DNA of 63,980 bases, filler included, from Lama guanicoe (Eukaryota), in NCBI GenBank assembly GCA_013239625.1. It is 81 parts of 79 records of this genome, joined end to end, with 100 filler letters (N's around TTAATTAATTAA, not from the genome) between each part and the next. Parts side by side here need not be neighbours in the genome. Positions count along the whole stretch, not along the records: positions 50,840 to 51,260 come from PNXV01012985.1; positions 51,361 to 51,828 come from PNXV01012986.1; positions 51,929 to 52,499 come from PNXV01012987.1; positions 52,600 to 53,135 come from PNXV01012988.1; positions 53,236 to 54,151 come from MU055349.1; positions 54,252 to 54,781 come from MU055350.1; positions 54,882 to 55,415 come from PNXV01012993.1; positions 55,516 to 56,002 come from PNXV01012994.1; 73 more parts are not named here. One strand, 5' to 3'. Under the pieces are notes generated by a model that had not been told where the DNA came from, did not search any database, and worked only from the letters and a program-made list of their open reading frames with translations. Position 1 is the stretch's first letter, and each line of letters begins with the position of its first letter. This document shows, piece after piece, positions 50,840 through 63,287 of the stretch. The position numbers and the translations under genes are program-made.

Positions 50840-51828
50840 TCTGAATTCCATGCTCTCAATTCTGCGTTCTGTATTCAGTATTCTATATACTATATTCTGT
50901 GTTCTACATTCAATATTCTACATTCTATATACTGTATTCTATATCCTATGTTCTGTGTTCTGCATTCCATGTTCTAAATTCTGTTTTCCTTATTCTGTAT
51001 TCTATATTCTGTGTTCTACATTCTATAAACTTCATTCGATATATTGTGTTCTGTGTTCTATATTGTAAATTATGTTCTCCATTACATTGTCTAAATTCTG
51101 GTTTCTGCCTCCAGTATTCTACATTCTATATTCTGTATTCTGTGTTCTATATAAGTTCTATATACTGTATTCTGTGTTCTACATTCTATATTCTACATTC
51201 TGTATTCTGTGTTCTTTATTCTATATTATATATTCTGTGTTATGCATTCCATGTCTAAATNNNNNNNNNNNNNNNNNNNNNNNNNNNNNNNNNNNNNNNN
51301 NNNNTTAATTAATTAANNNNNNNNNNNNNNNNNNNNNNNNNNNNNNNNNNNNNNNNNNNNATACAGAATACTGAGTATCGAACTTAGAATATATAATGTA
51401 AAACACAGAATTAAGAATATAGGATACGGAATTTAGAATATAGAATAAAGAATATAGAATATAGAACACAAATATAGAATATGGGAAACAGAATACAGAA
51501 ACCAAAATTTAGAACATGGAATGCAGAACACAGAATTTAGAGTATATACTACAGAATACTGAATATAAAATTTAGAATATAGAATGTAGAACAACACAAA
51601 ATATGGAATGTAGAATACGGAATGCAGAATATGGAAAAGAGAATATAGAATATAGAACACAGAATTTAGAATATGGAAAACAGAATATAGAACCCAGAAT
51701 TTAGAACATGTACTGCAGAACACAGAAATTAAGGTATAGAATACAGATTAGTGAATAAAGAATGTAGAAAACAGAATTGAGTATATAGAATCCAGAATAC
51801 TGAATATAGAATTTAGAATATAGAATGA
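50840..51828. repeat. Heptamer-based AT-rich satellite, two contigs (50840-51260 plus, 51361-51828 minus)
   Basis: 7-nt periodicity. Confidence 0.95.
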
Positions 51829-51928
51829 NNNNNNNNNNNNNNNNNNNNNNNNNNNNNNNNNNNNNNNNNNNNTTAATTAATTAANNNNNNNNNNNNNNNN
51901 NNNNNNNNNNNNNNNNNNNNNNNNNNNN

Positions 51929-52499
51929 GCAGGATTCTGGCTGAAGCCTGTTTTCCCCAGGGCTGCTGCAAGGAGTGTGGCTTTCTGCTTCATTCCCTGG
52001 TCTGCTTCTCGTTGGACTTCCCATTCTCAGTTTACAAAAACTTTGCTACTTCCAGTAGCTGTGTAGCATTCATCCCTGCAAATCCATCCAGTTTCTAGTT
52101 TCCAGCGTATATCTGGGCACAATTGGGCTACGAAGGCAGCGTTGACCATCCGCTGGTTTTCTTGGGCCTCAGGATCAAGAGGAGTGTAGACTCGGAATGC
52201 TTCACATAGTCTACCATAGAAGTCAGTGGGGGTTTCGTCTGGCCTCTGGGTCACCATGGTCGTTTTAGACATGTTAGTTGGCTTCTTGTCTCTGGCTCTT
52301 AGCCCTTGTAGGATGGCCTCCTGGTACTCACATAGTGCTTCTCTTCCTTCTTGGGTGTTAAAGTCCCAATCTGGCCTGCTGTCAGGGGCCTGTGTCATGG
52401 CCCACCCCTCAACATCCATTGTGTCCCCGGGAGCTCGGCCCTGTAGCCTATTTCGTGCTTCAGTGAGAATGCGTCTCCTCTCCTCCGTATTGAAAAGAA
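51929..52499 (-). pseudogene. gag: Endogenous gammaretrovirus-like (ERV1) gag capsid fragment, defective
   Basis: FNTEERRRILTEAR...RPDWDFNTQEGREAL...KKPTNMSK...QRPDETPTDFYGRLCEAFRVYTP (major homology region); frameshifted segment KLDGFAGMNATQLLEVA and a TGA stop at 52027. Confidence 0.9.
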
Positions 52500-53235
52500 N
52501 NNNNNNNNNNNNNNNNNNNNNNNNNNNNNNNNNNNNNNNNNNNTTAATTAATTAANNNNNNNNNNNNNNNNNNNNNNNNNNNNNNNNNNNNNNNNNNNNA
52601 GAGGGAGAGCACGGGGATGATGGCACCTGCTGGCTGGAGCATAAAGCTAGCACCCAAAGGGAAGGGAAAAAAAAGATGGTACCTTCCAGTTTTATTAAGG
52701 CAGAGGGAGAGCAGGAGGATGGCACCCACCACCAGCCTCAGTCCCTGGAGAGTTTTCCAGCAGCCCCTGCCCCTCAGACCAATGCTTTAACTTTTGGAAA
52801 TGAGTCTCTTTCACATAAAGTGTGGGTGCTTTTCCAAGGGCCACTTCTGCACTTGGCCCTGGGACACACAGGCCCTTTAAGAGTGGTTCCTGAATTCACC
52901 GGAGCCCAGTGGGTCTCACAGCCATGTGTCCTGAGGGTCTTCCAATTCAGATGCTTTGGGGGTTTCTCTCTCAGTTGTCAGTCTTCAAAGTTTGAGTCCC
53001 CAGTGCGGGGGTACAAACCGTTCACACCTCAGGTGGAATTTCCCTGTTGTGAGTTCTCTCCTGAGTGTGTCTGTGCACACCAGGGTTGGGGTTTCTGGTG
53101 AAACTGTGTCTCAGCCTTTCCCACCTGCTTTGATGNNNNNNNNNNNNNNNNNNNNNNNNNNNNNNNNNNNNNNNNNNNNTTAATTAATTAANNNNNNNNN
53201 NNNNNNNNNNNNNNNNNNNNNNNNNNNNNNNNNNN

Positions 53236-54151
53236 ACACTGCTTGCACCGCGCCCGGCTCCCAGAAGCACACTGACCCGAAACCAGCGTCCTGCAAACCC
53301 GGGGCAGGAGAGTACGCCCCCTAGACACGCCGCGCGGGGAGACGGAAGCAAATTCAACGACTCCTAGGAGCACACCCCTGCCTCGGTGGCCGCCGCCCCG
53401 GCACCCTGACAGCAACGAGGCCACCTCCCAGGAGCAGGCTTACCGGGAGACGTGCACACCGTAAACATGGGGACGCAGAGGCCGCCCCAGACCGCGGGGG
53501 AATACGGAACAGGTCCAGGGCTCGGACGGGGAAGCCAGTCAAAACCGCGGGCGCCGAGGCAGCCCAGGGACTGCACCGCACACGCCTCCCTGGAGCAGGC
53601 CGTGACCTGAGGACCGGGCGGAGGTGTTCCAGGTCCGCCAGCGCCTTCCCACCTGCCAGGGCTGCCCGGCTTTCCCAAACCAAACAGAAACGGCAGGGCA
53701 GACGCGGGGTTTAGGAACTACTAACGTGAGGGGGTCACCACGAACCACCGCGGCGGCTCGCACGCGCACAAGGGTCCAAATGGGCCGTGCGGCACGGGCC
53801 TCAGCCACGCACCCCTACCTGTGCGCCTCCCCAGAGGCGCAGCCCAGGCCCCACCCGCCGGCTCCCCGACCTGCGCTCCCCCACCAGCACCCCCTTACAT
53901 GCCCGACGGTGGCAGCGGAGGCGACGGCAAGCGGCGGCCCAGTTCCCCGGCCGCCTTCTTCCCCGGGAGTGGGTCACAGGAGCGCCCCGCTCCCGCCCAG
54001 CTTCCACACGCTCTGGGTGGGCTCCCTCGTCCGTGTGTACGTGCGTCCGCGCCCCTCCTCCTCCCACCGGAAGCTCGGACTTTCGGGCTGGGGGGGGGCG
54101 GCGGGATTGGAGCTGCCCCGTGCTAGCGCGGGGATTGGCTTCCATTACACG
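53236..54151. promoter_or_regulatory. CpG island
   Basis: ~0.9 kb, very GC-rich with dense CpG and GC boxes (gggcgg); not tandemly repeated. Confidence 0.7.
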
Positions 54152-54251
54152 NNNNNNNNNNNNNNNNNNNNNNNNNNNNNNNNNNNNNNNNNNNNTTAAT
54201 TAATTAANNNNNNNNNNNNNNNNNNNNNNNNNNNNNNNNNNNNNNNNNNNN

Positions 54252-54460
54252 TATTTGCAAATGATATTATTGACAAAGGTTTAATTTCCAGAATGTATAA
54301 GCAGCTCATACAACTTAATAAGAAATAGCAACCCAATACAAAAATGGGCAGAAGACCTAAACAAGCAGTTCGCCAATGAAGACATACAAATGACCAATAA
54401 GCATGTGAAAAAATGCTCAATATCACTAATTATCAGGGAAATGCAAATTAAAACTATATG
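54252..54460 (+). mobile_element. LINE-1 ORF2 3' fragment
   Basis: aaaaatgggcagaagacctaaacaagcag...atgctcaatatcactaattatcagggaaatgcaaattaaaac. Confidence 0.88.
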
Positions 54461-54881
54461 ATCAAAAAAAAACTTTTAAAAAATTATCAATACATATCAT
54501 GCATCTTAAAAAATTTCAGATACTTTGACCTGGTTTAATTCCACTCAAAAAAAAANNNNNNNNNNNNNNNNNNNNNNNNNNNNNNNNNNNNNNCATTATA
54601 TAAAAAACTATAGGGAAAAATCAGAAAAAAATATGTAAAGTATCCTCATATGTCTGAAAATATAAAATGTTTTATAAAGTGAGGAAAGTGAAGATGGCAC
54701 ACCAACAAATAAAAAATAAATCATTTGCCTTAAAAAAAAACTAACTATCCCTTCAAATAGCTTATATTTAATCATGTAAAGNNNNNNNNNNNNNNNNNNN
54801 NNNNNNNNNNNNNNNNNNNNNNNNNTTAATTAATTAANNNNNNNNNNNNNNNNNNNNNNNNNNNNNNNNNNNNNNNNNNNN

Positions 54882-55415
54882 CCATAGATAAGATCATATC
54901 TTCTGCAAACAAAGACAGTTTTACTTCTTCTTTCCAATTTGGATGCTTTTTATTTCTGTTTCTTGCCTAGCTCTGGCTGGGACTCCTAGTACTATGTTAA
55001 ATAGATATGGTGATAATGGGCATCCTTCTCTTGTTCCTCATTGTAGAGGAAATGCTTTCAGCTTTTTTCCATGGAGTATGATTTTAGCTGTGGGCTTGAA
55101 TTCTATATGACTTTCATTATTTTACTGTATATTCATTCTACATTACATTAAATATTGTTGAGAGATTTTATCATAAATGTAGGATGAATTGTGTCATCCT
55201 ATTGAGATAATAATATGCTTTTTATGCATATCATGCTGTTTATGTGGTGTTATCACATTTACTGCTTTATTGAACCATCCTTGCAACCCAGGGATAAATT
55301 CCGCATGATCATGATGTATAATTCTTTTATGTGCTATTGAACTCTGTCTTCTAATATTTTATTAAGACTTTTTGCATGTATGTTCATTAGGCATATTGGC
55401 CAGTGATTTTTTTTT
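54882..55415 (-). mobile_element. LINE-1 ORF2 (RT region) fragment
   Basis: gacagttttacttcttctttccaatttggatgc, gaaccatccttgcaacccagggataaat. Confidence 0.88.
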
Positions 55416-56768
55416 NNNNNNNNNNNNNNNNNNNNNNNNNNNNNNNNNNNNNNNNNNNNTTAATTAATTAANNNNNNNNNNNNNNNNNNNNNNNNNNNNN
55501 NNNNNNNNNNNNNNNGTTCATTGAAGAGTCCTCTCTCAGATCAGCTAGGGCTGCCTAGTGTGTGCTTTGCCAGAGAATGTGGGTGCAGTGCTCCCCACCA
55601 GAGTCCTGTCAGTTGTTTTATTGCAGGAAGAGAGAGAGCAAAAGAGACAGAACAGAAAGTTCTTGTCCAGCCCCAAGCACAGTCACCCCCACCCAGGGCT
55701 GTTGCTCTGGGACACAAAGAGGTACAGGTCAGCAGTGATGTGGCCTCGGTGTACTCCAAAACAATGGTGTGAGGTTGTATTGGGCTATCTGTGTCTTTCA
55801 TGGACCCTGCAAAGTTCTCGGCTTTGTGAAGTGGGGACCTAAGGAACTGCCACCCATGCCTGTAGCTCCCAGGGATTGTACACTTACGGGTTTTGAGGAT
55901 TTGCTGGCAACTCACTCTTTTTCACCAGATCATTTCTCGGTTACACGGCAGTTCTGTGACTTCCTTATCACAACTGCTCCTTAAGTTCGGGATTTAGTGA
56001 AANNNNNNNNNNNNNNNNNNNNNNNNNNNNNNNNNNNNNNNNNNNNTTAATTAATTAANNNNNNNNNNNNNNNNNNNNNNNNNNNNNNNNNNNNNNNNNN
56101 NNCAATGAAAATACTTTTAAATAGACTAAAAACGAAAAAAAAAAGAAAAAGAATATTATCAAACGAAAAGAATAAAAACTGATTCAGGCTTCAATATGGA
56201 TGAACCTTGAAACTTCATGCTAAAATAAGCCAGACACAAAAGGCCAAATAGTGCCCTTTAAGGTGAACTGTATCTCAGCGTTTATTGTACTACTCCAGTA
56301 AAGTTTCCAGAGGTTTGAAATCTATCAATATCAAAATAAAATGTATTATTCATTAAAAACATAAAACTTCCTCACAGGAGGGCTTTAATTATTAAATGCA
56401 GAAATGCATGTTAAGCTCTTGGAGCACGTCCACACACAATCACTGCTGTCACTGCCACTCAGAGTGTGGTGCCAGCGCTGATGAGAGCTGCCTCCACTTG
56501 CTCCCCTGCAGACAGGAGTGAGGGCCTGAGCTCTGACAGGCAGGGTAAGCGTGAACCTGGGTCAGACACAGCCACGTCCCAGACTCTACATTACCCGAAT
56601 TTCTTATACAAACTGCAAAATGTAATGTAAACATGCTAGAGGGATGTATCTTACAACACAGGGAATACNNNNNNNNNNNNNNNNNNNNNNNNNNNNNNNN
56701 NNNNNNNNNNNNTTAATTAATTAANNNNNNNNNNNNNNNNNNNNNNNNNNNNNNNNNNNNNNNNNNNN

Positions 56769-57344
56769 ACAGGCCAAATGCAGGAAACCACACATCATAT
56801 GAGCACCAGGGATCCCTCGGCAGAGAAAGAAAAGCAGGAACCTTTGGGCTGATAAGGGGTCACACTTTTTGGGGTGATGAGTAGCCTGGAGATGAATAAA
56901 GAAAGCTGAGAAAAGGCAGGAATTTCCAGTGTCCAAATGTAACCTTTTGCTCATCATGCCCTCACTTCAATAAAATTAGCCTTGCAGATCAGAAGTACCC
57001 ATCATGCACTGATGCCAACACACTTCTGATCCAGACTAATTAAGGACAAAAATCCTTCCTCCTTCTGGGAAGGTGGAGTTGGGATGATAATCAGGGAATA
57101 TGACCCCAAACCCTTCCCTCCCCAATAAATATTCCACCCATTCATTTTTACACTCTGTGTAACTAACTTGCCAAAGAAACTCAGGGCAGCCGCTCACCTG
57201 AGCCTGCCCGCTCTCCCCTTGAGAGTGTATAATCCATCCCTTAATAAATCCTCACTTTACTTTTCTAAACCACTGTGTCTTGTCTCTGAATTCTTTCTGG
57301 GATGGGACAAAAACCTGGAACACCAGTTGCATCTACCAGCAACA
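56769..57344 (+). mobile_element. ERV LTR (3' part)
   Basis: AATAAA at 57243, tgtcttgtctctgaattctttct U5-like motif, terminus gcaaCA followed by non-proviral sequence. Confidence 0.7.
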
Positions 57345-57744
57345 AGTACACCTACAGGAAAAATAGCAGGCTGTAAGGACGTATTGAAAGGACACAGGCT
57401 TGAGAATTTAGTCTGGAAAGAAACTGAGCAGGTGGCTGGTGGCTCAAAACTGATCAGAGGAAAACATATTGGAATGTAATCATAAGTAAAACAGTATCCT
57501 TTACCACCACTAAGGCTTATGTTGGTAAAGTCAAGCATTATTTGAGAAGAAGGACGCATCAACTGATGAAAATCATTGAGACAGAGACACTACCGTCCAG
57601 TTTAGATAGGCCATGGATTGTAACACATAAGGAAAAATTTCCCCNNNNNNNNNNNNNNNNNNNNNNNNNNNNNNNNNNNNNNNNNNNNTTAATTAATTAA
57701 NNNNNNNNNNNNNNNNNNNNNNNNNNNNNNNNNNNNNNNNNNNN

Positions 57745-58104
57745 TCCCACTTATTAGCATATGAAGATACTGAGTGCATAAAAACTAACAACACCCACCT
57801 CATGGCTGCTCTCTCTGTTGAGGGAAACAGCCCACACTCTGTCTGTGGAGTGCATATCTAATTTTACTTTAAACTGGAGCACCCAACCCCCACGCCTCAT
57901 GACCTTTCTGTTGCCTTCTGAAACTGCCCACCCTGTGGAGTATATATCTCTCTGAATAAATCTACCTTTACTGAACTCTGGCTCTCTCATCTCTCTTGAT
58001 TCGTTCCTGGGCAAACCAAGGACCCACACTTCGCGAGGTACATCCCAGGGACCCAAGTAAGACCTGGGATATGGCCGTCCTCTCCCCCACATTTTCCTGT
58101 ATCA
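57745..58104 (+). mobile_element. ERV LTR (3' part)
   Basis: ataaaa TATA-like, duplicated ctgtggagtRYatatct, AATAAA at 57955, terminus ctgtatCA. Confidence 0.7.
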
Positions 58105-58207
58105 TACATTCCTTCCCAAAAGATCTCACCCTGTGCACTCCAAAATAGACAACACTCATGTGTCCTGACCTGGATCTGCTTCTGCATGTATCATTTTTTA
58201 TGTGCAC

Positions 58208-58303
58208 TAGAATGTCACCTTCATGAGGACAGGGATTTGGGTCTGTTCACAACAGAAGCACCAGCACATAACAGGTGCTGGAGAAGTGTTAGCTGAATGA
58301 ATG
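58208..58303 (+). mobile_element. L2 3' end remnant
   Basis: tagaatgt...catgaggacagggatttgggtctgttcac...cacataacaggtgct...tgaatgaatg. Confidence 0.65.
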
Positions 58304-58975
58304 NNNNNNNNNNNNNNNNNNNNNNNNNNNNNNNNNNNNNNNNNNNNTTAATTAATTAANNNNNNNNNNNNNNNNNNNNNNNNNNNNNNNNNNNNNNNNN
58401 NNNAAAAAAAACAAGTATTTCTATCAAATATTGACTATATGCCAATCACAGAGACAACCACAAGTCACACCTGAAGCATCACGTGTGATTCTCAACAACC
58501 CTACTAAGTAGACACGGATGAGAAACCCAGCACTGCGGATGAGGAGACGGAGCTCGGAGGAGCCAGGGACGCTGACCATCCTGCTCCCCGTGACACCACG
58601 TCACCCCACGGCAAGCGCTGACAGAGCTGCACTGAGGGGACACCCAGCTGCATGGAACCTTGGGGAACTGGGGAGTCCCAGAAAACACTAAAAATTGTTC
58701 AGTGAAAAACCAGCTCAAATATATTACACTGTGCCACATCCTTTAAAGAGGGAACATGACTGAGACCTTTTTGATGCCTCCATGTCCTTTCAGCCATCAT
58801 CAGTTACTTGCCCTCACAGCACGACTAGTGATGAACTGGACCCCATATGAAGTGCACTCAGATGGCAGAGCTTTTNNNNNNNNNNNNNNNNNNNNNNNNN
58901 NNNNNNNNNNNNNNNNNNNTTAATTAATTAANNNNNNNNNNNNNNNNNNNNNNNNNNNNNNNNNNNNNNNNNNNN

Positions 58976-59864
58976 GCAACAACCCCTAGCATTCCCTGGC
59001 ACAGAGACATGAGGAAAACCCTCAATGGATATGAGCACAGGCATTCCGTTAGAACCCACGCGCTGCCGACCGTTGGTGGAACCTCGCCACGCTCAGGATT
59101 CCGGAACCATGTCTTTGAGTGGGGGAGCTCGAGAGACAACTCCACGCAGCTCTATTCAGTCACAGGTGTTCCCTGCTCGGGGAAGTGCGAGATATACCTT
59201 CCCTGACGTTTGGGAGGCAGCCTCTGTCACTGGGATTTCATGGAAACCACCCTAGCATTCCCTGGCACAGAGACATGAGGAAAACCCTCAGGGGAGACGA
59301 GCACAGGCATTCCCTTAGAACCCACGCGATGCCCACCGTTGGTGGAACCTCCCCACGCTCAGGATTCCGGAAACATTGTCATTGAGTGGGGGAGCTCGAG
59401 AGACAACTCCACGCAGCTCTCTTCAGTCACAGGTGTTCCCTTCTCGGGGAAGTCCGAGAAATAACTTCCGTGACCTTGGGGAGGAAACCACTGTCACTGG
59501 GATTTCCTGCAACGCCCCCTAGAATTCCCTGGCACAGAGACATGAGGAAAACCCTCAGGGCAGACGAACACAGTCTTTCCCTTAGAAACCATGCGCTGCC
59601 GACCGTTGGTGGATCCTCCCCACGCTCAGGATTCCGGAACCATTGTCATTGAGTGGGGGAGCTCGAGAGACAACTCCACGCAGCTCTCTTCAGTCACAGG
59701 TGTTCCCTGACGAGAAATAACTTCCCTGACATTGGGTAGGCAGCCTCTGACACTGGGATTTCCTACAAACCCCCCTAGCATTCCCTGGCACAGAGTCATT
59801 AGGAAAACCATCAGAGGAAACCAGCTCAGGCATTCCGTTGGAACCCACGCGCTACCGACCGTTG
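58976..59864 (+). repeat. ~267-bp GC-rich tandem satellite
   Basis: attccctggcacagag recurs at 58991, 59257, 59524, 59780 (266, 267, 256; the last has an 11-bp deletion). Confidence 0.96.
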
Positions 59865-59964
59865 NNNNNNNNNNNNNNNNNNNNNNNNNNNNNNNNNNNN
59901 NNNNNNNNTTAATTAATTAANNNNNNNNNNNNNNNNNNNNNNNNNNNNNNNNNNNNNNNNNNNN

Positions 59965-60371
59965 TCTGATTTCCGAATACAAGTGTGCTGAGTACATGCA
60001 AGCCGCGTTACTGTTTCGATGCGGGCTGAATGATCCTTGACATCACCTTGAGTATTTTCTTTTGAATAATCATGGTTCCCTTGGTATCTGTCAGCCAACC
60101 GTACCCTTTGGGTGCTTGTTTGTTGGTTTGATTCTTTGTTGGTCTGCTTCTCGTTTGTTTTGCAATCACGNNNNNNNNNNNNNNNNNNNNNNNNNNNNNN
60201 NNNNNNNNNNNNNNNNNNNNNNNNNNNNNNNNNNNNNNNNNNNNNNNNNNNNNNNNNNNNNNNNNNNNNNNNNNNNNNNNNNNNNNNNNNNNNNNNNNNN
60301 NNNNNNTTTGCCACTCATGCTCTTCTCGCATTTCCAATACTGGTTTTCTTCTTTCCATTTCATCTTGCTGC
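59965..60371 (-). repeat. Complex multi-copy repeat, segment A (reverse paralog of 35391-35806)
   Basis: Reverse complement gcagcaagatgaaatggaaagaagaaaacc... and cgcggcttgcatgtactcagcacacttgtattc match 35391-35456 and ~35608-35806. Confidence 0.88.
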
Positions 60372-63287
60372 NNNNNNNNNNNNNNNNNNNNNNNNNNNNN
60401 NNNNNNNNNNNNNNNTTAATTAATTAANNNNNNNNNNNNNNNNNNNNNNNNNNNNNNNNNNNNNNNNNNNNACTGACAGTAGAGTGTTTGTAGGCAGAGT
60501 TAGAAAGTTACCTGGTCTGAAAAGCCGAATTTGCTCACAGCTGGGAATTGGCAGAAGAGTCAGTTATGGAAGGAAGGCTTTAGGATTATCTGGTAGCAGA
60601 ATTCTGGGATCCAAACCCTGGGAAACCTCAGCTTTTGTAGAGTATGTTCTGTAACAATAGGCTATAGGATAATTTTTACACTTGTTATATGATGTAGAGT
60701 TGGGGAAAGGCTTAAAAGTGAAAGAGCAAAAGTGAAAGAGCCTTAAAAGAGAATCTCCAAATATTTTAAAGAAGACAGTTCTCAAAATGAGAGCTTTTCT
60801 GGAAAAGACTAGATCCTCACTTCACAAGGGAAGCAGGGGGAAGGTATAACTGCACTTACGGTAACTTAAAAGTAAACCTTACCCTCCCACTTAGCTGTTT
60901 CCTGGTGGACGTTCATCTCCCACATCTGTAGTTTTAGACCTGATGTATCATTTTCTGATACTCCATTCTGCTTCTGAGTGAGAGACTGACACAAAGACAC
61001 ATAGAAATTGAAAAACTGCGCAAAGTACTTTATTGTTAAAAATGTGGACCTGTGGCAGGGTGCTGCATTTGCAAGTGACTTTCAGTACAGAGAACACTTA
61101 AAAGAATGCAGTGTTATTTCTTTTTTTATCCCTTTAAGCTTTTGAATAGAAGGTTTTCGTTGCAGAGTTTCTGGAGTACATCAGAACAAACAGGAACTAA
61201 AAATAGCTNNNNNNNNNNNNNNNNNNNNNNNNNNNNNNNNNNNNNNNNNNNNTTAATTAATTAANNNNNNNNNNNNNNNNNNNNNNNNNNNNNNNNNNNN
61301 NNNNNNNNGCTGTGTCAGTTCGAGATACTGCTTCTGCCCAAAGACCTGAGTTCACGGATAAGTTTCCAGAACCTGAAAGGGCAGGCAGTGGAAGATCTGC
61401 CTGTCATCAGCTTACTGGTGGGGCTCCGAGGTACTTTCAGGCTTGCCCAGTCCTGTTGAAGTCGACTTTATGGGAGACACGATGAGAAGCTGGCCGAAAA
61501 GCTGGCTGCACGGATTGAGGAGAGATGCGAAAACACTGATGAGAGATGTTGTGCTACAGTGGAGAATACTGGCCTAAGACAGCTGTAGAGGATACCAGGA
61601 TCCAAAGGCTTTCATGAGACATATTGAACCTCGCTGACACTGGCAGATACATACGGAGTGCCAACGTGGACTTGAGGAAGTTCCTCAATTCTCTGCTCCA
61701 AAACGGTTCCAAGGTCCCTGACGTCTAAAAGAGAAGAGATGGCCGAGATGATCAAAACGCTCATGTTCTTGGAAGAGGTCTTGAGAATCCACACATCCCA
61801 AGGTTCATTTCCAAGCCATTCATACCAAAGTGCAGCAAGCCCAGGTTAGCCTTTTCCCAGGTTTGGGCCTAGCTATCANNNNNNNNNNNNNNNNNNNNNN
61901 NNNNNNNNNNNNNNNNNNNNNNTTAATTAATTAANNNNNNNNNNNNNNNNNNNNNNNNNNNNNNNNNNNNNNNNNNNNCTCCCCTCAGGCCCCTGTCTTC
62001 CCTGGATCAGGAGGTGAGGGTGGGTCTAAGCGTTCCCGCGTCCCTGGCCTCAGACACTCACATAAATTCTTGTACAAGCTGTCAAAATCATTTTTGTTCT
62101 TGTGTGTTTCTAATTTTCTCTTGTTCCTCTTTTCCTTTTTCTTTATTACTTTTTCTCTTGTACTGCCACGTTAGCATCTTGTTGCGTCTGAAAATGTGGG
62201 CTGTGCACACCCTGAATTTGAAATAGCCAGATCGCCCTCCGTGCTGTCTCCATCGCTTTAAAAACCAAAAAATTAACAGTTGCCTTGATCCCTGTATTAT
62301 CCTAGTCATCATTTTTATTTCTAATTTTTTGAAATATTTGCTTTGTTACCACATCACCCACTGGTGTTTGATACCTGTTAAAATCCTTGCTTTGAGGAAC
62401 CTGTTTGGTCCTTCTTATATTTGGTGACAAATGTGCCTTTATTAAATTTGTTTGATTGTTTTGAAGAAGTAATTTGGGCTGCTGCTGAGGGATTCTTTTC
62501 ATGGAGTATTTAACCTTGTAAAGTCAAATTCTGCAGGATCTTTCTTGATTCCTGCTTTTACACAAACGTGCTCGGCACGCCGTTTTTGGCTGTCGCTGTG
62601 TGACATGCGTGACGGCGCTTCCTGGCCAGCAGTCACTGGTGAGAAAGTAGCCTGCTCTGGGGTGAGCAGCTGCAGGGGACGCTGTTGGAGGAAGCAGTCA
62701 CCGNNNNNNNNNNNNNNNNNNNNNNNNNNNNNNNNNNNNNNNNNNNNTTAATTAATTAANNNNNNNNNNNNNNNNNNNNNNNNNNNNNNNNNNNNNNNNN
62801 NNNGGGGAGACAGAAAGGTGGGGCCCAGGTCGTGCAGGGCTTGATGCCTCCTATTAGGGCTTTCCCTCTGGGCAGCGGAACCATGGCTGGGTGCGGAGCA
62901 TTGGCCGCGTCCTGAATGCGATGCAGGAAATGAAGTGGGTGTCTGCTGGGGAGATGTGCGTGGAGGAGGCTGTCCCTGTAGACTGTGCAGGCAGGGAAGG
63001 CTCCTCGAGGAGGTGACATCTGAGGGGAGCCCTTGTATGGACCATGTTTCTACCTTCTGCAGACTGGATGCCTTCATCTGCCCTGCAGGCCTAGGCGGGA
63101 CACGCCCTGTTCTCAGTCACCTGGACTTGGCCTCCTTACTCCCTTGTGGGCCCTCTCACCCCAGGAGGAGTCCTTCTTCAAGGTCTANNNNNNNNNNNNN
63201 NNNNNNNNNNNNNNNNNNNNNNNNNNNNNNNTTAATTAATTAANNNNNNNNNNNNNNNNNNNNNNNNNNNNNNNNNNNNNNNNNNNN

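Noticed and set aside
44272..52499. TCR V gene, ankyrin exon and gag as a linked immune or defence cluster
   Set aside because: They lie on separate contigs joined by artificial spacers
53188..54203. Overlapping 100-190-aa Pro/Arg/Ala-rich ORFs on both strands
   Set aside because: Expected from stop-codon scarcity in a CpG island; no recognisable domain
59119..59652. Two tandem 88-aa paralogous ORFs
   Set aside because: They are successive 267-bp satellite monomers (267 is a multiple of 3) with non-ATG starts
59832..59850. CENP-B-box-like attccgttggaacccac in the 267-bp satellite
   Set aside because: Fails the TTCG....A..CGGG core (TCCG and CCAC instead)
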